Shown one piece after another: positions 32,749 to 41,749 of a DNA stretch of 64,000 bases (the stretch's first letter is position 1; each line of letters starts with the position of its first letter). The translations under genes were made by a program, and so were the position numbers. Source of the DNA: Candidatus Latescibacterota bacterium (lineage in GTDB: Bacteria > Latescibacterota > UBA2968 > GCA-2709665). The DNA lies in contig CBDDDZ010000005.1 in NCBI GenBank assembly GCA_965226795.1, positions 2,445,257 to 2,509,256 on the forward strand, given 5' to 3'. A model generated the notes under the pieces. It saw nothing but the letters and a program-made list of their open reading frames with translations. It did not search any database and was not told the DNA's origin.

Positions 32749-34875
32749 GTGAAAGTCAATCCCCATTGGAAAAACCGGATACGCCCCGACCACCCCCGGC
32801 TGTTCCTCAACCGCGACACGCTGCCGGCAATCCGCGCCCGCGCGTTGAGGGTCTGCAACGACCACTACCTCAAGGTCAAGTCGTTCGCCGAGGCGTCTCC
32901 ACCCGACCTCGAATGGGCCGTTGTCAACCGTCCTCCGCCGCTGCCGGACGGCACCGAAGTGCGCGATTGGGGCCACCGGATAATGGGCTCGGCCATCGTT
33001 TATCTCGTGGAACCCACCGTGGAACGTCTCGTCCGACTCGTGTCCGAACTGCGCGCAAGCGCGGAATACTACCACGCCTGTTACGCCGAAAACGAATCCG
33101 TCAATTGGTACGCCGCCAGTCGCGCCGCCTGCCTGGTTGCCCTGGACTGGGTCTGGAACGACCTATCCGTCGAAGTCCGCCGCGAGATCGGCCTGCGCCT
33201 CCTCGACCACGTGGACGAAGCCCTTCATAAGCCCGGCATCCGTCGCCGCAACGGTTCCGACCACCGCAGCGGATTCTACGGCGCGCCCAGCCTGGCCTGG
33301 TTCGCGGGGCTCCTGCTCCACGGGGAAGGTATCGACGATATGAGGGCGGCTCGTTTTCTCGAACGGGGCTACGACGACCACGTAAAGCTGCTGGTTCACC
33401 GGGCGTCCACGTGCGGGGACGACGGCGGCGAAGCCTCTCCCACGCTCGGGTACGCGTTCGGCGAATACCCGCTGGCGCAATGGAACTTCATCCACACCCT
33501 TCGATCGTCAACCGGTCAAGACATTTCCGGGAATTGGCCGCACATCCGGATGTTCCCAAACTACGTTATCTGGAACTGGCTGCCGGGCGACCTTGAGTTC
33601 GGTTACGGCGACAACGCACACGTCGACAACAGGATGCGGACAAACTGGATGTACACCCATATGTCCCACATCATGCACTTTTTCGGTCAAACCCATCCCG
33701 AGTGGGCCGGACTCGCGCGTTTTATCCGCGGCATGGCCGGCGGCGCCTTTCCGCGGGACAAATGGCCCATCTACCCGTTTCTGCTTGACGGGATCGACAA
33801 CACGCCACCGGCTCGTGGCCCCGGCATCCTGCCGCCTGCCCGTCATTTCGAAGACCTGGGTCAGATCTTCATGCGCTCCGGCTCCGGAGACGACGACACG
33901 TATGCCCTTTTTTGCGGTGGCGGCAGCCTTAAAAGCCACCGCCATTACGACGCCACCCACTTTACCATCTTCAAGAAGGGTTTCCTTGCCCTCGACAGCG
34001 GCACCCGGCAGGGAAACACCGACAACCTGCAGAACTACTACGCGCAGACCGTCGCCCACAACTGCGTCCTGATCAAGATGCCCGGCGAAGCACCTTCACC
34101 ATACTGGAACGGCGACGTCTTCGGGCAGGCCGGCGGCCAGAACAAGACGATCGGCTCCGAAATTACCGCCTTCGAAACCAACCCCCATTTCACCTACATC
34201 GCCGCCGACGCCACCCCGGTCTACAACCGCGAAAAATGCGCGCTCATGGTTCGCCAGTTTATCTTCCTGCCGCCGGACCATTTTGTCGTGTTCGACCGGG
34301 TCACGTCCACCCGCGCCGGGTACGCCAAAACCTGGCTCCTGCACCATGCCAACGAGCCCCTCGTTGAGGGCAACACCTGGCGGTCGGATCAGGGCAAGGG
34401 GCGCATATTTGCCCGCACGCTCCTACCCGAAGATGCTGTTCTCGACAAGGTCGGCGGTCCCGGCAAAGAGTTCCTTGCCGACGGGGTCAACTATGGGATC
34501 GACGCCGGTCCTTCCCGGCTTATCATAGAGAACAAATATCCCATAGGGAGAATTCAATACGACGATATCCCCGAGCTGATGGGACGATGGCGAATGGAAG
34601 TGAGACCGGCGACGGCCCGGAAGGAAGACCTCTTCCTGCATCTCATACAGGTCGTGGATCAATCCCTATGTGGGATGAGCGACGCCAGCGTTACCGTGAC
34701 CGGGGCCAACGTTGAACTCAGCTTCAGCGGAACCGATGAAGCTGTCTTCGTTTCGTTCGCAGCCGTGGGAGAGATAGGCGGTCACATCACCCGCATCCGG
34801 AACGGAAAACGGATCGTCGAAAAGGATCTCGCCCGGGATGTCCAGGCCCAGGCCGGTCTCGCCATACCCGCATAG
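32749..34875 (+). CDS. Heparinase II/III-like protein, second paralog-like member, no signal peptide
   Basis: SHRHYDATHFTIFKKG Hepar_II_III motif; large N-terminal helical domain; 708 aa. Confidence 0.75.
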   Translation: MKVNPHWKNRIRPDHPRLFLNRDTLPAIRARALRVCNDHYLKVKSFAEASPPDLEWAVVNRPPPLPDGTEVRDWGHRIMGSAIVYLVEPTVERLVRLVSELRASAEYYHACYAENESVNWYAASRAACLVALDWVWNDLSVEVRREIGLRLLDHVDEALHKPGIRRRNGSDHRSGFYGAPSLAWFAGLLLHGEGIDDMRAARFLERGYDDHVKLLVHRASTCGDDGGEASPTLGYAFGEYPLAQWNFIHTLRSSTGQDISGNWPHIRMFPNYVIWNWLPGDLEFGYGDNAHVDNRMRTNWMYTHMSHIMHFFGQTHPEWAGLARFIRGMAGGAFPRDKWPIYPFLLDGIDNTPPARGPGILPPARHFEDLGQIFMRSGSGDDDTYALFCGGGSLKSHRHYDATHFTIFKKGFLALDSGTRQGNTDNLQNYYAQTVAHNCVLIKMPGEAPSPYWNGDVFGQAGGQNKTIGSEITAFETNPHFTYIAADATPVYNREKCALMVRQFIFLPPDHFVVFDRVTSTRAGYAKTWLLHHANEPLVEGNTWRSDQGKGRIFARTLLPEDAVLDKVGGPGKEFLADGVNYGIDAGPSRLIIENKYPIGRIQYDDIPELMGRWRMEVRPATARKEDLFLHLIQVVDQSLCGMSDASVTVTGANVELSFSGTDEAVFVSFAAVGEIGGHITRIRNGKRIVEKDLARDVQAQAGLAIPA

Positions 34876-34935
34876 GTTCCTTCACGCGTGTGACGGACGG
34901 ATTCCCGTTTTTTTATTCTAACGGAGAGACATCAA

Positions 34936-35838
34936 ATGAACGAATTCCGCGGCATCTATCCCGCGTTGATCACACCGATGACACCTGAAGGAGACTTTAA
35001 CGAAGAGGCCTTCCGTCGGCTTGTGGAATACAATGTAAGATCGGGCGCCCACGGTTTCTGGGTTGCGGGCGGCGCCGGTGAAAGCGTCCTCCTGGAAGAC
35101 GAAGAAAATGCCCGCATCGCCGAAGCCGCCGCCGAACAGGCCGCCGGCCGCGCGAAAATCATCATGCACGTGGGGGCGGCCACCACCGTACGTGCCGCCA
35201 GGATGGCCGAGAACGCCGCAAAGGCCGGGGTTGAAGCCATCTGCGCCGTACCTCCCTTCTTTTACCGGACCGGACCGGACGAAATCGCCGAACACTACCG
35301 GGTCGTGGGCGCGGCGGCAAACCTTCCCCTATTCATCTATAATCTTCCAAATGCCACCGGTGTGGAAATCACCCTCGAACTGGCGGAGAAAATCCGGGGG
35401 CGCGTTCCGCAACTCACCGGCCTGAAACATTCGGCGCCCGCATTCGCAAACACACGTCATTTCGCCAAAATGGGCCTCTCGTGCCTCATCGGCAGCGCCG
35501 CGCTTCTTCTTCCCGCGCTCACCATCGGTGCTTCAGGCTGCGTGGACGGGCCGCTTTCGTTGTCACCGGACGTGTGGGTCAACATTTGGACAGCGTACCA
35601 CAGCGGAAATATCGAGGTTGCGGAAGCCGAACAGGACCGCGCCGCCGAACTCTATACGATCTTCCGCCGCGTCGGTTACATCGCGTCCCTGAAGGCCCTG
35701 CTCTCCGAGAAACTCGGCATCGACTGCGGCGACCCCCGCCCCCCGCAACGTCCGCTCACCGGCGAGGAGAGAGCCTTTGTCATCCGGACGGCGACGGCAC
35801 TGGGGATGATGGAGATCGAAAGTCAGGGTGGCCGCTGA
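34936..35838 (+). CDS. Dihydrodipicolinate synthase/N-acetylneuraminate lyase (DapA/NanA) family class I aldolase
   Basis: GIYPALITPMT...GFWVAGGAGESVLL...IIMHVGA...PPFFY family pattern; 300 aa. Confidence 0.88.
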   Translation: MNEFRGIYPALITPMTPEGDFNEEAFRRLVEYNVRSGAHGFWVAGGAGESVLLEDEENARIAEAAAEQAAGRAKIIMHVGAATTVRAARMAENAAKAGVEAICAVPPFFYRTGPDEIAEHYRVVGAAANLPLFIYNLPNATGVEITLELAEKIRGRVPQLTGLKHSAPAFANTRHFAKMGLSCLIGSAALLLPALTIGASGCVDGPLSLSPDVWVNIWTAYHSGNIEVAEAEQDRAAELYTIFRRVGYIASLKALLSEKLGIDCGDPRPPQRPLTGEERAFVIRTATALGMMEIESQGGR

Positions 35839-35915
35839 CCGTTCCGGTCCATGCCGATATCCTTTGCCCGCGCTTTGCGCGGCTACTTTAAACCCTTTTA
35901 ACGGAGAACGCCCGT

Positions 35916-36845
35916 ATGATCCCCCTGCTCAGCAGCCTTTGCTACGGACCGCTTGAAGTCTGTCAACTCCCCCGGACCTGGTGGAAAGTCCTGCTTCGAA
36001 ACGCGGGCCTGCTCGATGAAGAATACCCCGACGTCAGCGAAGGCCTGGATAAATCCGTCCTTGAAGTGCTGAACCTGGACAGAGAAACAACCCTGGCGTA
36101 CTTGCGGGAGAACATGCCCGACTACCTCCAGTTTGAAGCCTGGGTCCTCGAACAAAACGACGGAAAGTTCGAACGAAAAGCAATCGAAAGCTGGAATGAA
36201 TCCGTGCGTACCCGGGTTCACACCCGGCCCGATAAGCTGCAGGAAACCACGAGTGACATCGGCATTCCCAACGACGGCGCGATCACGTCAGCCGTGATCC
36301 TCAACAGCCTCCAGGACGGGTCGCTTTTCTTCAGACGGGACCTGACGGAGGGATTTTCGGCCCTGGGCGGTCGCGTCGTGCCCCTCGTCTCCAGCCTGGA
36401 CTACGGACCGCTCAACGTCTGCCAACTCCCGCGTACCTGGCTGAAAATACTGCTCAGATCCCGGAACCTGCTTCATCCCGACTATCCCGACATGACCGAA
36501 AACGGCCTGGACCCCCGTGTTCTGCGCGCCGTGAACATCCAGCCGAACGACGCCGTTTGTTTCATCCGGGACAACGCGCCTATGTATCTTGACTTCGAAG
36601 CCTGGATTCTGCGACAAAACGACGGAACCGTCGACCCCGGCGCCGTCGACGAATGGAACAAATTCGTGCGAACCCGAATCCATTCAAATGAGAAAATCGC
36701 GGACATTCACAATACCCTCGGCCTGGAAAACGACGGCAGCCTGACCTCCGCCGTCGTCCTGAACCACGTTGAAGACTGGCACTTCGCGCACGCGGACCTG
36801 ACGGGCACGGGCGACCGTTCGTCGCGACCGGCAGAGGCCGTCTGA
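35916..36845 (+). CDS. Protein of unknown function built from two tandem copies of a ~150-aa domain
   Basis: Halves share SL(C/D)YGPL(E/N)VCQLPRTW(W/L)K(V/I)LLR, PDYPD, P(D/M)YL(Q/D)FEAW(V/I)L(E/R)QNDG, EWN(E/K)(S/F)VRTR(V/I)H and NDG(A/S)(I/L)TSAV(I/V)LN in the same order; no signal peptide. Confidence 0.7.
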   Translation: MIPLLSSLCYGPLEVCQLPRTWWKVLLRNAGLLDEEYPDVSEGLDKSVLEVLNLDRETTLAYLRENMPDYLQFEAWVLEQNDGKFERKAIESWNESVRTRVHTRPDKLQETTSDIGIPNDGAITSAVILNSLQDGSLFFRRDLTEGFSALGGRVVPLVSSLDYGPLNVCQLPRTWLKILLRSRNLLHPDYPDMTENGLDPRVLRAVNIQPNDAVCFIRDNAPMYLDFEAWILRQNDGTVDPGAVDEWNKFVRTRIHSNEKIADIHNTLGLENDGSLTSAVVLNHVEDWHFAHADLTGTGDRSSRPAEAV

Positions 36846-37349
36846 AAATCCTGAAGCTGCCCCGCGCGCCGCAACAAACCGGAACCCACCCGTATCGGCT
36901 GGGTTTTTTGGCATGATAATGGAGATTATCGACGGACGTCTATGTCGCCATCTCATCAATCCTCCATTTTGGCCTTCAAGTCATTGTTGACTTCACTCGT
37001 ACTACGGATTAAATTACTACTAAATTTACGTATTAGTCTACTTTACCCGTAAATAGAACCGGCAGGGCAGATCTTCCATGTGGAGCCAGGAGCCCCAACG
37101 CCACCCGGGGTCACGGGAAGTCGCCTCGCTTTGAATAAGCCGCAGGCGATAATCGGCTGTACAAGTAGCTAACGCCGTTCAAAGATCTGTTCGCGTTCGG
37201 AAAGGAGGTGATACTGGAATCCACGTCGCTAAACGTTTCGCTGCTGTACATCTACGTGAGAAACTGTAGTTCGAGGCAAGTGCTGAAATGACACGTTTCG
37301 CTGTGTGAGTGATCGAGCGATGCCGCCGAAAAATGCACACCAGGTCTCT

Positions 37350-37610
37350 TCATTTCGCTATCACACCCTCCAGGTCAATCCCTAACCGTCCGTTGATAAT
37401 GTCGCTCTGCAGGCGAGGCCCAGTGTCCCGTCCCGGAAATAGATTGCCATTGTGAACGACGACAAGGCGCGCGACCGAGTCGAATAGGTGGATTCGGGGA
37501 GGGCGCGCAACGCAGTAATTCGGCCACAAGAGCCGGCCGCAGCCCGGATGGACTTTTTCAACGGCCTGCCAAGTTCCATCAAGCACAGTCTCTTCATACG
37601 GTTCATTCAC
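37350..37610 (-). CDS. Hypothetical 86-aa protein (GTG start) inside low-GC non-coding island
   Basis: Complete small ORF; weak and unconvincing resemblance to HicB/UPF0150-type antitoxins around VHPGCG; may be non-coding. Confidence 0.25.
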   Translation of the reverse strand: MNEPYEETVLDGTWQAVEKVHPGCGRLLWPNYCVARPPRIHLFDSVARLVVVHNGNLFPGRDTGPRLQSDIINGRLGIDLEGVIAK

Positions 37611-37612
37611 AG

Positions 37613-37913
37613 TTAATCACCCCGTAATCGCGTGAATCACAGTCCGTGGTACGGCTGGGTGGCGCTCCCTGCGCCTTAGTCTCAGTCAGTCACGGTAATC
37701 ACGCAAGCCGCAGTCCGGGGTGTGGTTGAGCGACGTGCCTTCCGCTTTAATTTCCCAGTTAATCACCGCAATCATATGAATCACAGTCCGGGTGTGGTTG
37801 GCCGGCGGGCTTTGCCGTTTAATCACAGTCCCGGGGTGTGGTTTGGCGACGTGCCTTCCGATTTAATCGCAGTTTATCCGTCTAATCACAGTTAATCATA
37901 GTCTGGGGGTGTA
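37613..37913. repeat. Array of degenerate direct repeats with ~11 copies of a (T/G)TAATC(A/G)C motif
   Basis: Three good ~41-45 bp copies: 37711-37751, 37784-37823 and 37826-37866 (cagtccgggg tgtggtt...gtgccttccg.tttaat), with partial copies at 37639-37660 and 37896-37910. aatcac/aatcgc motifs recur at irregular spacing; no unique regular spacers. Confidence 0.6.
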
Positions 37914-37916
37914 CAG

Positions 37917-38827
37917 ATGAAAAAGTTAACAATTTTGAGCCTCATTCTTCTTTTGACGGCTGTTTTGTTCGCACAGGATTACACTCGCTGGGGACTTCCC
38001 GAAGGGGCCCTCTTGCGGATGGGCAAAGGAGACGTGCGCGCCGTGGCCTGGTCGCCGGACGGCACGCGTCTGGCCGTGGGGGCACCGCCGGGATCTGGCT
38101 CTACGATGCCCGCACCGGGGCGGAAGTTTCCCTGATCACAGGCCATACGAGGAGAGTCAATTCGATGGTGTATTCGCCGGATGGGATGACCCTGGCAAGC
38201 CGCAGTTTCGACAATACGGTGCGGGTGTGGGACGTGGAAACGGGGCAGGAGAAAAGCACCCTCACCCTCACAGGGCATACCCGTGAAGTATTTTCGGTGG
38301 CGTATTCGCCGGATGGGACGATGCTGGCAAGCGCCAGTCGGGACAGTACCGTGCGGCTGTGGGACCTGGCCACAGGACAGGAAATACACACCCTCACGCG
38401 GGCGGCTACCGGCGGGTCCAGTATAGCGTTTTCGCCGGATGGGACGATGCTGACAAGCACCAAGTGGGACCATACGGTGCGGTTGTGGGACGTGGAGACT
38501 GGACAGCAAAAATACAGCCTGACAGGACATACGGACAACGTCACTTCGATGGTGTTTTCTCCGGATGGGACGATGCTTGCAAGCGGAAGTCACGACGGCA
38601 CGATTCTGCTGTGGGATGTGGCGCCGTATGTCGCACCTCAACCCCTAGCTGCCGACTTCGACGGCGACGGGACCGTGGATTTTCCCGACTTTCTGCAGTT
38701 CGCGGCGCAGGTCGGGCTGAGCCAGGGCGAGGCAGGGTATGAAGCGCGCTTCGACCTGGACGGCGACGGCACCGTCGGGTTCAGCGATTTTGTAATCTTT
38801 GCACGCAACTTCGGCCAGGGCGGGTGA
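37917..38827 (+). pseudogene. Secreted WD40 beta-propeller protein with C-terminal dockerin-like repeats; -1 frameshift in a G5 run (38078-38082)
   Basis: Signal peptide MKKLTILSLILLLTAVLFAQ; first WD repeat in frame 1 stops at 38135 while the WD repeats (SPDGT.LAS.S.D.TVRLWD) continue in another frame from ~38084 to 38827. A sixth G would restore LAVGGTAGIWLYDARTG. C-terminus has two DxDGDGTV(D/G)F calcium-binding dockerin-type loops. Confidence 0.75.
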
Positions 38828-38932
38828 GGCGCCGGCGCCGTGCTGCGCCAGCAACCCTCACCGGGTATACCCTCACAAAAAAGGCGCCCGAGATTCCGGG
38901 CGCCTTTGACGTCTTTTCCTTTTTCGGCACGT

Positions 38933-39706
38933 TCAATCGTGATGTCCGCTCCGATGAAACGCAACGAAGAAGTCGGACACCCCGCGTATGATAATATCCA
39001 ACATGGACCGCCCTTCCTCGGCGGTGGCATCCGCCGGATTGTCCGTGTAACCCACGCCCGACTGCCATTCACCGTGAACCTGGACCACGGCGCCCGAGAG
39101 GCCCACGTCCAGGCCCGCATCGTCGTGCACCTGACCGCTCATTGCGTCCAACGCCTCCCTGTTCACCAGGTCCGGTCGAACCGCCATTATCAGCGCGGCC
39201 TCGAATCGCCCGGCATGGCCCGGTATAAGCTTGGACGGCATGACATCGGTGAGTGCCTCGCGCGCAATATTCCAGTAATCGCCTGTAGCCACGGCGGCCG
39301 GATTGCCCAGGCGGTTCACGAAATCCTGCCCCGCGAGTCCGTTCGGGTTGGAATTTCCCCCGTGGCCGTTCAACACCACGAGCCGCTTGAATCCGCTTCG
39401 CACAAGGCCTTCGAGAACGTCAGTCACGGCGCCAACGAAAGTGGTGGTCTTGAGAGACAATACGCCTGGAAACGGATAGTGATGATGGGAATTGCCGAAT
39501 TGCAGTGTGGGGGCCACGACCACACGCGCGTGTTCGTTCGCTCGGGCCGCGGCCTGGCGCGCAACCGTCTCGCAAAGAACGGTATCCGTACACACCGGCA
39601 GGTGGGGACCGTGCTGCTCAATGGCCGCTGTGGGCAGGACCGCCGTGGCCGAGGGCGCAACCTGTCGAATCTCCTCCCGGGTCATTTCTGCAAATAGAAA
39701 AGACAC
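38933..39706 (-). CDS. Creatininase (creatinine amidohydrolase) family protein
   Basis: AIEQHGPHLPVCTD, LNGHGGN metal-binding motifs of the creatininase fold. Confidence 0.88.
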   Translation of the reverse strand: MSFLFAEMTREEIRQVAPSATAVLPTAAIEQHGPHLPVCTDTVLCETVARQAAARANEHARVVVAPTLQFGNSHHHYPFPGVLSLKTTTFVGAVTDVLEGLVRSGFKRLVVLNGHGGNSNPNGLAGQDFVNRLGNPAAVATGDYWNIAREALTDVMPSKLIPGHAGRFEAALIMAVRPDLVNREALDAMSGQVHDDAGLDVGLSGAVVQVHGEWQSGVGYTDNPADATAEEGRSMLDIIIRGVSDFFVAFHRSGHHD

Positions 39707-39762
39707 GGACTATCCTCCTGACGTCGCGGTAGTCGATCGGAACCGAACTCTGGGACTGGGAA

Positions 39763-41244
39763 CTAATTCTCCTGGATCTCTTCGAACGGATACAAGGGCC
39801 GCCTGCGATGGCGGAACTCGAACTTGCGCATGTCCGCCGCCGTTGCGCCGGGCGTATCCACGCGTATCAGGCGCTTGCACACGGGCGCGTAGGCCGCCAC
39901 CGGCGCATGCACCCCCTTGGCGACAATGACGTCGAACGCGTCCGGACGCAAATCGCAACTGGTCATCAGACCCAGACTCACCGGTACGACCCGCCGGGAC
40001 GTGAGGCTGACTGTCAGGCCCGTATCCGTGTCCACAACCACCGTCCGGCCCATGTCGAACGCCGTCCGCCCGCCATGCCGAATCTCGGGCTCCCGAAATC
40101 GACCGCTGTAAATGCCCCGAACCCTGACCATAGCCTCAAGAGGCGGGCCGTGCGATTCGTCGGTCTTTCCACCCATACGGAGCGTCACACTGTTGCCCAC
40201 CCCCACCGTAGCCGCTTTCGATACGGATTCGCTGTCGTACAGACACACGAATGCCCGCGCATTGCGACGCCGATGCAATTCGTGCGCAAGCATCGTCCCA
40301 TCCGCGGCAGACCCGCCTCCCACATTGTCCCCCATGTCCAGCAGGCAGACCGGGCCCTGTGTGGCCAGTGCCATGTCCACCGCCGCGTCGATGCCGATAA
40401 ACTCACCCCTGAAGTCTCTCCGAAAGGTGTGGAGATGATCCGCGAGTTCTCCGGCAACGGCTTCCGCGAGGCCCGGATTTCCATCCGTCACCGCAATCAT
40501 CGCAGTACCCATCTCCGGAACATCGGCGTAGGGGAATCCAAGCACGATGCTATTCGACAACATGCCCGGCCGGTTCAGGAGGTCATCGGCCAGCTCGTAC
40601 AGTTCCCTGCACGGTGACGATTCGGTCGATTGCCGTTCAATATTGATGGCAATCGGCGGAAACACGGCTGCCTGCGTGGGCTTGACTTCGCCTCGAAGCG
40701 TCCGCGCCATCAACCGCGACGCCTGCAGACCCACCTCCTTTTGATCCAGGTGCGGGTTGCTGCGATAGGCAATGGTCGCATTACAGGCCGCAACCATTCT
40801 TTCCGACAGATTCGCGTGCGGATCGATCGTACAGATTATGGGCGTCTCTTCTCCAACCAGGCGACGCAGGCGGGACAGCCAGTATCCATCCAGGTCCCAA
40901 TAATCGTCTCCCGCACCCACGTTCGCTCCGTGGGGCGCCACAAGCCATCCATCCAGTTTCCCGGCGTGTGCGACCTGTTCAAACATCATCCGCATGAGCG
41001 CGTCGCACGTCTCGTTCGTAATCCGGCCGGACGGCTCGGTGCTGGCGCAAAATAGCGGTACCGCTTCGATACCCGACTCGGCCAGACCGGCGAGGAAACC
41101 GCTGACCTCGTTCAACCCGTCCTTGAATGCCACCGCCACCTCATCTCCGATCAGGATCCGACCTGACCTGAACATCTCCAGTGTGGTGGGGGTACAGATA
41201 AACGTATTGGACTCGTGTATCAAAGAAAGAATGCCGACGCGCAT
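39763..41244 (-). CDS. M81-family metallopeptidase (MlrC/microcystinase C-like, DUF1485 + MlrC_C)
   Basis: MRVGILSLIHESNTF N-terminus and overall MlrC-like architecture; start at internal Met. Confidence 0.8.
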   Translation of the reverse strand: MRVGILSLIHESNTFICTPTTLEMFRSGRILIGDEVAVAFKDGLNEVSGFLAGLAESGIEAVPLFCASTEPSGRITNETCDALMRMMFEQVAHAGKLDGWLVAPHGANVGAGDDYWDLDGYWLSRLRRLVGEETPIICTIDPHANLSERMVAACNATIAYRSNPHLDQKEVGLQASRLMARTLRGEVKPTQAAVFPPIAINIERQSTESSPCRELYELADDLLNRPGMLSNSIVLGFPYADVPEMGTAMIAVTDGNPGLAEAVAGELADHLHTFRRDFRGEFIGIDAAVDMALATQGPVCLLDMGDNVGGGSAADGTMLAHELHRRRNARAFVCLYDSESVSKAATVGVGNSVTLRMGGKTDESHGPPLEAMVRVRGIYSGRFREPEIRHGGRTAFDMGRTVVVDTDTGLTVSLTSRRVVPVSLGLMTSCDLRPDAFDVIVAKGVHAPVAAYAPVCKRLIRVDTPGATAADMRKFEFRHRRRPLYPFEEIQEN

Positions 41245-41576
41245 TTCGAATTTCCCCGGCCGTGCCAGATGGCGAAACATCGGATATCGATAGCCGACAG
41301 CGGCTTGCCACGATCAGGTCGGGTTCCGCCGGAACGTTCGATTCATCCTTGCAAAAATCGACGGCGCCAGTACCTGGAATTCCCACTGCAATATAGAAGC
41401 AAATTCGCCAGGAATCAAATGGTTCTTGATCCGCACTCGACGCATCGCGGAGGCACTTATCCAATCTATCCTAACCAGGTGATTCAGATCTCCTTATGGA
41501 TCTGCATCCTAAACGTTACTTTAAACAAGTATATAGTATTGAGGCGACTTAAACAAAAATAGCTAAAGTATTCGTC

Positions 41577-41632
41577 TTGCCATTGCAACCCGAATGCTTT
41601 ATATTAAACCCAAATAAGATAAGCCCGGCTTA
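41577..41632 (+). promoter_or_regulatory. Sigma70-like promoter (TTGCCA-17-TATATT) followed by palindrome ATAAGCccggGCTTAT
   Basis: -35 at 41577-41582, -10 at 41600-41605 in an AT-rich intergenic region upstream of the CBS-korAB genes; perfect 6-bp-arm palindrome at 41617-41632. Confidence 0.4.
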
Positions 41633-41749
41633 TTGTTGAGCGCGGGATCCGGAAACGACTGCCGAGCGGGAACAACGCATCCTGCGTACCGGAAGCTGGC
41701 CGCAAAACCGGACGACCTGGTGGGGCGTATCGATTCCGGGAGGAGCCAG

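Noticed and set aside
28840-34059. Minus-strand ORFs 28840..29622, 29791..30441, 30581..31696, 31844..32683, 33508..34059
   Set aside because: All antisense to the well-supported plus-strand operon genes; no motifs.
37350-37610. HicB-like antitoxin interpretation of the 86-aa ORF
   Set aside because: Only a short VHPGCG resemblance; the downstream region does not show the expected G.T.EEA helix, and no HicA-like partner ORF was found. Kept only as a low-confidence hypothetical.
37613-37913. Possible CRISPR array
   Set aside because: Repeat units are directly adjacent or irregularly spaced, degenerate, and not separated by unique spacers of uniform length; no cas genes nearby.
37979-38641. 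Minus-strand ORFs 37979..38641 and 38101..38544 with their own internal repeats
   Set aside because: Mirror images of the WD40 repeat-encoding DNA on the plus strand.
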